Shown: piece after piece, positions 10,929 to 19,864 of the stretch | Layout of the letters: the number at the start of each line of letters is the position of its first letter | Position numbering within the stretch: the first letter of the stretch is position 1 | Source of the DNA: Proteromonas lacertae | Taxonomy: Eukaryota | Assembly (NCBI GenBank): GCA_002245135.1 | Contig: NGBS01000049.1 | Coordinates: 1 to 49,476 of the forward strand | Reading direction: 5' to 3' | DNA: 49,476 bases | Translations under genes and position numbers: made by a program | Notes under the pieces: generated by a model | What the model was told of the DNA's origin: nothing | Databases searched by the model: none | The model's input: the letters and a program-made list of their open reading frames with translations, nothing else

Positions 10929-11900
10929 TTAATACAAAATAATCTCAAAATAAATAGGTAAGTTATTTAAATCAATTGCATAACCATCTTGTTGAGAGAC
11001 TGATATATTCATTCGTTGATATTCGTGATATTGCATCTTTTTAGTTGTCCATTCAATTTGTGGATTAATGAATGTAGTATAATCTGCATTTATATCAGTT
11101 ACAGGTATATTTGCTAAAACCATTGAATTCTCACCACTATTAACCCAGTCACATCTAATTTGTATGAATGACACCCATAGTAAAGAAGGCTGATTTGGTA
11201 ACAAATTAGAATAATAATTAAAATCTTTACTGAAATATGCATCACTTAAATGATTTGCATGATAAATTGATATACTTTTATTTATTTCATCTAAACCAAA
11301 TAACTTATATGCTAAGTTAGGGAATTCCATACTAAAATCTGTAAAGTAATATTTTCCGAAATGAGTAATATAATTAAATTGTAACTTTAATCTATTTTCT
11401 GAAGTTTTTTCAAATTGAAGTACATCTGTTTGATCATTTACTTTACGAAATGGAAATCTATTTGCAAAATCTTCATCTGGTAATGGTGCTATTACATTAT
11501 CAAATGCATAAAAAGTAAAATCTAAGAGATTTCTAGCAAAAAAATCTAACAATTCTTTTCCTGTATATTTTCTTTGAGGTATTTTAATATCAATAGTTTT
11601 ATTATAAGGACCTAATTGGTTTTCAGGGTATGCCCATTTTATTGGATTTGTTTCATCTGGATTAATACAGCTATAATAAGTAAAATTAAAGAGTATATGA
11701 TCATTTACTTCATCTTGTATTGTATAGAAGTTATTTGGTATAACTGCAGTAATTAAACTCATATATTGATATTTTTCAGTTATAGTTGGAGTATTAATAC
11801 ATCTTGTCCATCTATTTGAAAATTTTGAATCATAGTCTGATGTAGTTAAGAACAATGATCTTCTATTATTTATAACATTATTACCATCTTTAGGTTGCAT
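10929..11900 (-). CDS. Minor capsid protein (penton, single jelly-roll)
   Basis: VIPNNFYTI, IKIPQRKYT, KLFGL, LANIPV and C-terminal ISVSQQDGYAIDLNNLPIYFEIILY, typical of Polinton/virophage pentons. Confidence 0.85.
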   Translation of the reverse strand: MQPKDGNNVINNRRSLFLTTSDYDSKFSNRWTRCINTPTITEKYQYMSLITAVIPNNFYTIQDEVNDHILFNFTYYSCINPDETNPIKWAYPENQLGPYNKTIDIKIPQRKYTGKELLDFFARNLLDFTFYAFDNVIAPLPDEDFANRFPFRKVNDQTDVLQFEKTSENRLKLQFNYITHFGKYYFTDFSMEFPNLAYKLFGLDEINKSISIYHANHLSDAYFSKDFNYYSNLLPNQPSLLWVSFIQIRCDWVNSGENSMVLANIPVTDINADYTTFINPQIEWTTKKMQYHEYQRMNISVSQQDGYAIDLNNLPIYFEIILY

Positions 11901-11977
11901 TATGTTTTATAATTGTTGAGAAATATTAAAATATAATTTTATTTGAATTATTCTTTAATTTATATATCGTTATATAT

Positions 11978-14656
11978 ATGCAACCACAACCACAAGTTAA
12001 CAATTCAAATGATGATGAAGAAGATGAACCAACAGATGATGATTATGAATATGAAGAAGATGAAGATAATGTACCTATTGATATGAACAGAATAAGACAT
12101 AGAAGAAGACATAGAAGGAATCAAGTCATACCATTTCAAGATATAAGCGAAGATGATTTGAATAACTATGTGAATCAAGAAGTGAAAAGATTTAACAAAG
12201 CACTGATTATGCAATATAGACTAATTCCTATAGGATGGCCAAATCATGAATTTAATAGAATATATAATTTATATGATGAACATATGAAAATGTTTAATTG
12301 GTGTAAGAATTTATTTGTAACAGGTCCTTTTGCACATGGTAAACCATTAGAAGCTTATAATCCAAAATTAGCAGGAAATGAAAATTCTGCTAATGCAAGA
12401 GAATGTGGAATATTTAAAACTCGTATAGCAGATGGTATTGATAAATTGTGTATGGCATCTGATTTTATATTACAAAGAAATCCATTTGTTGTTTTACACC
12501 CAAAAGAGAGAATAGGCGTTACACAACTAGAAAATAGAAGAGTTAAAAAAACTCATTATGAAATTGATGAAAGACATCCAGAACCAGAAAATGATTTTAA
12601 CATAATGAATAATGAACATTATAATAGTGCAGCTGAAATAAGAGCGGAAAATGTTATGCAAAATAGACATGATAATATGGTAAGAGGAGTATTAGTAAAT
12701 GCAGACAATGGAAGTAATGATAATAACAATAATAACAACAATGGAAATAATAACAACGATAATAATGAAAATAATAACAACAATGCAAATTATGATATAA
12801 TTAGCTTTTGTGATTCTCTAAAAGATAAGTTAAAGTTCTACATAGGTCGTTTAATGAGAACTAAATTTTGGTATTTAACAAATCAAAAAGAAGAAACAGC
12901 TTATTCAATTGCATTAATCATATACAACTGTGTAACTGATTTGTATATATTAGCTTTATATTATATACCAATATTAAAAGATAAGTTAAGTGTTAATTAT
13001 CAAAATGATAATGAATATACTTTACCATATCATCCTGATAGAAGAAATTTTATGGGATTACCAGATGGTGATAATAGAACAGGATATAGATATAACTATT
13101 TAGCAACTATACAAAAAATATTATCAGAAGCTCATGTACCACAAGGTCAAATCAATACAAATATATTTGCTAATCCTATAACTTTTACAATGAATAGAGC
13201 TTTAGATACACAACTTAACCGTCAAATTAAACATAGAAGATCAGTTCCAGCTTATGTTGGAATGAATGTTGCAGATCATAGAAATTGGAGATATGTTGCA
13301 CCAACTAATTATCCTCATCCATCAATTACTGCAGATTTGATTGATAGAAATGTTAATGCATTTTATAATGCATCACCTGCAAATAGTGATAGTGAAGATA
13401 ATGATAATAATCCATCAAGTAGTGATACTGAAGAAGATTCAGACACTTATGATCTTGGTGATATGAGTAATCAAATACCACCTCCTCCTTTGCCACCAAG
13501 ACCTATACCAGCAAGAACTGTTCCACAACAACCACCTCCACCTCCTCCTGTATTAAATGTATCTAGATCTAATGTAATTAGTTTAAATAATCAATTTAAT
13601 CCTCATCATCTTATACCATCTGATAGATTTTCATTTTTAGTACCAGATGATTTGCTTAATGCTATACCAAATCCAAATAGAGACTTTAATAAATCTCATA
13701 GATTTTTAGCTAATAGAGAAAATGGTGCAAAAATAGGTGTAACTAAGATAATACAAGAGTTTTATACACAATTGTTAACAAATAATGGTAAAATATATTC
13801 AATTGATGCATTTATACATAACCATAATCCACCTTGTACAATTGTAGATGAAAATTCAAGCAAGAGTTATATGTTCTTTACTGATTGGGTTAGAGAAGAT
13901 AACATCAATTTACCTTTATTACCTAGATCTAAATATAATGCAACTGAAGTAAATGATATACCTCAAAATTACAGTAGTATCAATATAATGTTTTATGGAT
14001 ATGATTACAATAGAAATATATATTCATATACTGGTTTATTAGAATATTGGTTAAAGAATCATAGAGGAACAGCATTTAATGAAAGACAAGCTAAACAGGA
14101 AATATACATATATAATCCATGTATCAATATTCTAACAGATGATGAAGAGGAAAATAAAAACATAAAAGTATTAATAGGTATGGATTATGATAAAAATTGG
14201 CCTAACGATAAAAAAATCAAATGTAAACAAATCAAAGTAATAGTATCTCAAGAAAGTGATAGATCATGGTATGTAATAAGTGATCCAATGTTTGATTATA
14301 TGTCATGCGATATAGCAGGTGATGGAATTCACAAATTCTATAATTATCCATTCTTTGTTAAGATAGGAGATACAGTAGAATTGATAGTACCAGTATCTTT
14401 GAAAGATAATATTTATGTATTAAAAGATGCTAGATTAGATGATAAAGATGAAAATAATTATTTAAAAATTGATGATTATATGAGAAATGCAAATCGAGAT
14501 AGTATTAATCAAAGAGCTATTGATGATAGAGAAACAGCTAAGCGTAGAATACATGGTTTAGGTAAAAAGCGTAGAAGAAAAGCACAATCATTAATGAAAT
14601 TGTATACCAAATTGTTTACACACAATAATAAAAGAAAAAGAATAAAAATTATATAG
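11978..14656 (+). CDS. Large hypothetical element protein (892 aa)
   Basis: Intact ORF with acidic N-terminus, RRRHRR, poly-Asn, a Pro-rich linker and C-terminal HGLGKKRRRK. Confidence 0.75.
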   Translation: MQPQPQVNNSNDDEEDEPTDDDYEYEEDEDNVPIDMNRIRHRRRHRRNQVIPFQDISEDDLNNYVNQEVKRFNKALIMQYRLIPIGWPNHEFNRIYNLYDEHMKMFNWCKNLFVTGPFAHGKPLEAYNPKLAGNENSANARECGIFKTRIADGIDKLCMASDFILQRNPFVVLHPKERIGVTQLENRRVKKTHYEIDERHPEPENDFNIMNNEHYNSAAEIRAENVMQNRHDNMVRGVLVNADNGSNDNNNNNNNGNNNNDNNENNNNNANYDIISFCDSLKDKLKFYIGRLMRTKFWYLTNQKEETAYSIALIIYNCVTDLYILALYYIPILKDKLSVNYQNDNEYTLPYHPDRRNFMGLPDGDNRTGYRYNYLATIQKILSEAHVPQGQINTNIFANPITFTMNRALDTQLNRQIKHRRSVPAYVGMNVADHRNWRYVAPTNYPHPSITADLIDRNVNAFYNASPANSDSEDNDNNPSSSDTEEDSDTYDLGDMSNQIPPPPLPPRPIPARTVPQQPPPPPPVLNVSRSNVISLNNQFNPHHLIPSDRFSFLVPDDLLNAIPNPNRDFNKSHRFLANRENGAKIGVTKIIQEFYTQLLTNNGKIYSIDAFIHNHNPPCTIVDENSSKSYMFFTDWVREDNINLPLLPRSKYNATEVNDIPQNYSSINIMFYGYDYNRNIYSYTGLLEYWLKNHRGTAFNERQAKQEIYIYNPCINILTDDEEENKNIKVLIGMDYDKNWPNDKKIKCKQIKVIVSQESDRSWYVISDPMFDYMSCDIAGDGIHKFYNYPFFVKIGDTVELIVPVSLKDNIYVLKDARLDDKDENNYLKIDDYMRNANRDSINQRAIDDRETAKRRIHGLGKKRRRKAQSLMKLYTKLFTHNNKRKRIKII

Positions 14657-15200
14657 TTTTAAATTTTGTTTCTAACATTTTAGCTCTTTTTTCTCCTTTT
14701 AATGAATTAAAATTTGTTGCTTGCACAAACGATTTATTATTTACTATGATATCAACTAAAAACAAAATTGCATGATAACCACATCTTACACTATCAACTC
14801 TTTGATTTTTCACTCTGTTTATTTTTATCTTATATTCATCATTAGGATATTTTTTTAATTTTGTTAAATCTTTATAAAACTTTGTTATTTGCTTTGGTTT
14901 ATCTCCAAAACTATCATAGTACATTATCCTCCTAGCATTATTGTTAACACATAAACTAACCCAATGACCTATTTTACTTACAGGATCTTTAGTTGTATTA
15001 GTACAAAGTATAACACACCAAACATCATCATTTTTACATAGTTGACCTATTTTGCTAAGTTCATCCCATAATATAACACCTTTAAAATATTTTAATAGTC
15101 TAGGAAACATTTTTTTAATGATCTTTTCAATATCAAAATTTGAGATAGCATCTTCTTCATGCAAATCACCTGTAGCGAATAAAATACGTTGTCTAAACAT
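14649..15200 (-). CDS. Adenain-like maturation cysteine protease
   Basis: IGHWVSL, YYDSFG and QRVDSVRCGYH catalytic motifs are intact. Confidence 0.92.
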   Translation of the reverse strand: MFRQRILFATGDLHEEDAISNFDIEKIIKKMFPRLLKYFKGVILWDELSKIGQLCKNDDVWCVILCTNTTKDPVSKIGHWVSLCVNNNARRIMYYDSFGDKPKQITKFYKDLTKLKKYPNDEYKIKINRVKNQRVDSVRCGYHAILFLVDIIVNNKSFVQATNFNSLKGEKRAKMLETKFKTI

Positions 15201-15234
15201 TATTTAATAATTTAAAAGAATTTATTGAATATCA

Positions 15235-15261
15235 ATTCATTTGATAAATTCTTAATGTTTT
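15235..15261 (+). promoter_or_regulatory. Repeated upstream motif, copy 1 (ATTCATTTGATAAATTCTTAwTGTTTT)
   Basis: 26/27 identical to 15999-16025; ends 28 nt before ATG 15289. Confidence 0.65.
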
Positions 15262-15288
15262 TTAATATATATTTATGTTATTTAAATA

Positions 15289-15978
15289 ATGGGTAAGTTT
15301 AAAGATTGGTTAAAAAAATCTAAAATTCTATCTAGTGCAGCTAGTTTAATACCTTTTGCTGGACCAGCTATTAGTAGCAGTATAGAAAACATGGGATATG
15401 GTAAGAGAAGGCATAGAGGTAGGGTTGCAAGACATAGAGTTACTAGAATGTCACAATTTACACCTGATGGTAGATTCTTAGGTGATACTTCATCTATGAC
15501 TGGTGGTGGAACTGTTAAGTTTAGGACAAAATCTGGTAAAGTTGTTTCATTTCATACTAGCAAACGGAAGGGAGCTGGTTTAGGTAGTTTGTTTAAGAAA
15601 GGATGGAATAAAATAAGAAAAATAGCTACAAAAGACAAGAAATATATTAGTAATATATCAGGTAAGGTAGGTGACATTGCAACAAAATTAGGTTTTAATA
15701 AAGTTGGTGATATAGCAAATAATATAAGTTCCACTGCTAGTAACTATGGTTATGGAAAACGTAGAAGACATAGAGGCGGTAAAAGATTTGGACAAAATGG
15801 TGGACTTAGATTACCAATGAATGGTGGTAGTAAAATTCGTAGTATAGGTATTACTAAACCTCCTAGCAATAGGCCTATTTTAAATGGATTAGCTAAACCT
15901 TGTGGATTTAACCATAGAGGTTTATACAATCCACAAAACAGTTTACAAAGCTTTTTAGCTTACAAGTTAACAACATAA
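15289..15978 (+). CDS. Basic core / membrane-lytic precursor protein (functional analogue of adenovirus pVII/pVI/pX)
   Basis: Very Arg/Lys/Gly-rich. Two repeats of amphipathic helix plus GYG-KRR(R)HRG; also GAG, GGG and MNGG candidate protease sites. Confidence 0.65.
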   Translation: MGKFKDWLKKSKILSSAASLIPFAGPAISSSIENMGYGKRRHRGRVARHRVTRMSQFTPDGRFLGDTSSMTGGGTVKFRTKSGKVVSFHTSKRKGAGLGSLFKKGWNKIRKIATKDKKYISNISGKVGDIATKLGFNKVGDIANNISSTASNYGYGKRRRHRGGKRFGQNGGLRLPMNGGSKIRSIGITKPPSNRPILNGLAKPCGFNHRGLYNPQNSLQSFLAYKLTT

Positions 15979-15998
15979 ACTTTGTTATTGATTTTATT

Positions 15999-16025
15999 AT
16001 TCATTTGATAAATTCTTATTGTTTT
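15999..16025 (+). promoter_or_regulatory. Repeated upstream motif, copy 2
   Basis: 26/27 identical to 15235-15261; ends 27 nt before ATG 16052. Confidence 0.65.
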
Positions 16026-16051
16026 ATATATTTAAAAATAACATAATAATA

Positions 16052-16498
16052 ATGTATAATAAACGATACACAAGAGATTATTACGATGAAGAATCATCTT
16101 CTGACGATGATTATGATAATGATGCACCTTTAGCAAGAGATATGAGTAAGACTGATAGACAAATTGCAGAATTGTTATATAACTTAAATCATGTAAATGA
16201 CAAGCCTCCTACATCATCTAATTCTAAATTAAGTGAAGAGACTAGAAAGAAAAGAGCTGAAAATTTAGCCAAAGCAAGAGAAGCAAGAATGAACAAATTA
16301 AAAAACAAACAAGATACAAGTAATATATATTTAGAGCAACAACAACAACAACAAACACAAAAATCAAAATCAATTAGGTTACCAGGTGATAGTGATCCAT
16401 TTGCACAAACAAAACAAAGTAGCGGTAGTGGTTTAAAAATACCACCAGCAGATGCACCTATGCCTGGTGATAATGCTGTGATGCCAGTTTATTTTTAA
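16052..16498 (+). CDS. Small charged hypothetical protein
   Basis: ATG at 16052 follows the promoter motif; acidic patch, basic helix RKKRAENLAKAREARMNK, poly-Q and SGSGL. Confidence 0.65.
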   Translation: MYNKRYTRDYYDEESSSDDDYDNDAPLARDMSKTDRQIAELLYNLNHVNDKPPTSSNSKLSEETRKKRAENLAKAREARMNKLKNKQDTSNIYLEQQQQQQTQKSKSIRLPGDSDPFAQTKQSSGSGLKIPPADAPMPGDNAVMPVYF

Positions 16499-16507
16499 TT
16501 TTAAATT

Positions 16508-19500
16508 ATATTCAAAAAAAGCTTAAAGCAGATTTTAACAAAACGTTTATTGAAACGTATAAGAAGAAGAGCAAAAGTTAACAAATTTAACAAAGCTTTG
16601 AGAAAGACAGTGAATAAATCAGTTGGTGTAAGAGTAGATGAAGAAAGTGTTATGCGAAATAAAATGAGAGAAGCTGCTTTTACTAGGTTCAATATGGATC
16701 GATTAGCAACTCAAAATGATTTGTAAATGCTTCCAACTTTACTATCTGATCCAACTATATCAAAAGAAAAGAAATTAGCATTACAGAGTTATTATGATGC
16801 ATTAAAAAGCGGTCAAATTACAGCCAAAGATAGAGATTCATTTTTCGGTCCTGTACAATCTGCTTTATTAAGATCATTACCATATGATAGTTTCAATGGT
16901 GTAACAGAAAATTTAAAATATATAACCAAAACATTACCAACATTGGAACCTGATATTAATAATAAAAATGGTATACTTGCTAGAGCAATAGGTAACAAGA
17001 TTAACAAACGGAGGCATCTTTAACACTAGTAATATCTCCTCTACTACCTACACCTCATATCCTCCTCCTCCTCCTCCTCCTCCTTCCTTCTTCTATCCTC
17101 CGCCTGGGGGAGGGATGGGATTTGAACCAAGTGGTAGTGGTGGTGGTTCAACTTATATACCACCTCCACCCCCAGGAAGTAAATCTGGAAGCAGTGGTGG
17201 CACAAGTATGAGTAATAGAACTGATAGTTCTACAAATACTGAAACACTGTTTAGCAATCCTATACCAAATGGAACTATTGATTCAAGTACACAAATGGAA
17301 GAAGATGATGGTCCTGCTATTCCACCACCACCTGCAGCAGATAATGTTCCATCTGGTCCATCAGAAAGAGAAATAGAATTACAACAAAAATTAATACAGT
17401 TAGAAGAAATAGAAAATAAAAACAGACAATTAATGAAAAAATTAAAAGCAGAATACGAAGAACAAAAAGCATATAGAAAGAATATTGATGAAGCTTATGA
17501 AAATGCTATAAAAGAAATAAATAGTTACAAAATTAAAGAATCAGAAAAAGAATCATTATTAGCAAGTACAAAAAGGAAATATGAAGAGGATATTGAAAAC
17601 ATAAAAATTGAATATAAAAAATTGTATGATGAAAATAAAATACTATCTTCAAGAAAAATGAAAATTGATTTTGCAAGAAAAGAAATTGACAAACAATTAG
17701 ATGAAGCTAAACAAAGCATTGATAATTTAACAGAAGAAAATGAAAAATATCAAGAGAAATTATCTAGAATGAATGACGAAAATCAACGAATGCAAAGTGA
17801 TATGCTTTATTACCAAAATCAAAACAAAGAATTTCAAAACAATATAAATGCATTAAATAGTCAAAATTCCTCTTATCAAAATCAAATACACTCTTTAAAT
17901 AATAACATTGTAGGTTATAAATAACACTAAAGTAAAAGAAATGGAAATATTGAAAAAAGATCAAAACCGAAAAGATGATTATCCTCAAGTAGGAGCATTA
18001 ATGGTTCAATTAAAAAATATGGAAGAAAAATACAAAATTTTAGACTATGATAAAAAAGCATGTGAAAACACAATTAGACATTTACAAGATGAAAGAGATG
18101 AATTTGTCAGTAAAAATACAGCATATTCTCAAGAAGTTGATATATTGAAACAACAGAATAATCAAATAATTCATGATTATAATGAAAATCAAAAGAAACA
18201 TTAGCAACTCAAATGGAATCATTAAAAGAAGAAAATGAAGCTTTAAAAAGAGAAAAAGAAGAGATTAGAAGAGATTTAAATAATCAACTAAGTAATGCTG
18301 AACAATCAAAAAATGATTTGTATACTTCTTTAGCTCAAAAACAAAATGAAATAGAAAGTATGAAACAACAATTTAATCTTATGAATAATGAATTCAATGC
18401 ATATAAGCAAAATGCTGATAATGGTTATGCGAATAAAGAAAAAGAGAAAAAGCAAATGTTATTTAGAATTAGTGAATTAGAAAATGAGAAAAAGCAAATC
18501 GAAATAAGACATTATAATACTAATCAAGAATTAATACAAAGAAATAGTGAAATAAATACTTTAACAGCAGATAGAAATTTAGCTGTACAAAATTTAAATA
18601 AATTAATGGAAGAACATAAAATGGTATCAGAGTTATTACAAAATGAAACAAATATGAAAGCAGAAGATAGAAGGAAATATGAACAACTACAAAGTACATA
18701 CGATAAAGCAATTGCAGAATATACAGAAAAAATTACTGCAGCTGAAAATAGTATAAATGTATTAGCAAATGAAAAGAGTTTGTTAGAACAAAATTTAAAA
18801 AATACTGCAACTGAAAAAGATTCATGGATCAATAAATATAAGACTGATTCAAAAAAATACAAAAAATGGCATGAATCTGAAATGAAGAAAAATTCAGAAT
18901 TTTATGAAAGAAATTAGAAACAAAAATTAAAAAATATGGAACAAGAGCATGCTAATAAGTTGAACGAATTACGCGAAACATTGAATAGTTCTAAGAATGC
19001 AACTTATACTGATTTTGGTACATTAGATATTTATAATGATGCATATAATGAACCAAGTATACAAGTATATATGCCAGAACCAGAAGTGAATAACAAATAT
19101 GATCCTAATAATGATTTTGATGATGATACTGGCGCTAATAACACTGCTAGAACTAATAATCCAGTTACATCAGATGATGTAGAAATGAGATTAAAAGAAG
19201 TCAAACAAAAAGAAACTGAATTACCAGAAACATTAACAGTGAATAGAGTTGCTGAATTATTACGTAAAAAACGTAGAAATGATACAAGACAAAGAATTAA
19301 AAGAACTTATGAATATTTAATGACACAATCTAACTTAGATGACAAAGAAAAACTAAGATACAATAAAATAAAGAGCAGGAGAAATAATAACAATGATAGT
19401 GTACCTTATAATGAGAATGATTTACATGAAAAAGACTTTGATCTAGAATATAATATACATGCAAAACGTAAGTATGATACTGAACCTAAAACTGATGATA

Positions 19501-19835
19501 GAAAATTCAAGAATTTATTTGTTAATACTAATGATAATACTTATTCTCAAGCAATACATGAAGAAATGAAACCACCTGTATTTAAAAGAAATATTGTTTA
19601 TGATAATTATGATGATGATGATGAAGATGATGGTAAAATTATAAGACATAAATACAAACCTAATCTATATGATAACGATACTAAAGCTAGAGACAGAGAA
19701 AGATATATTAAATCATTAGACAGATTCATAAATCATAATTCATGACATTTAAGCGAAAATGAAAGAGTTTATGCTGATAGTTTAATTAAGAATTTATTAC
19801 CTGATTTTGTTGAAGTAGATGATGAGTACATGTAA
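16508..19835 (+). pseudogene. Long coiled-coil protein (~1100 aa), disrupted
   Basis: Basic N-terminus open from ATA 16508. In-frame TAA 16724, frameshift ~17005, poly-Pro/Gly linker, long heptad coiled coil with frameshifts ~17920 and ~18198, in-frame TAG 18915 and TGA 19743, final TAA 19833-19835. Confidence 0.6.
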
Positions 19836-19864
19836 AGAAAACAATTATATATATAATATAAGTA

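Noticed and set aside
12715..12790. AAT/AAC microsatellite; also (CCT)8 at 17061-17084
   Set aside because: They encode poly-Asn and poly-Pro low-complexity linkers.
17340..18940. SMC, myosin or tropomyosin call for the coiled coil
   Set aside because: No ATPase head or motor motifs; the resemblance is compositional only.
5394..19745. Alternative genetic code or stop-codon reassignment
   Set aside because: All three stop types appear once or a few times, while long genes (pPolB, 892-aa ORF, AP2M1) have none internally and end at normal stops.
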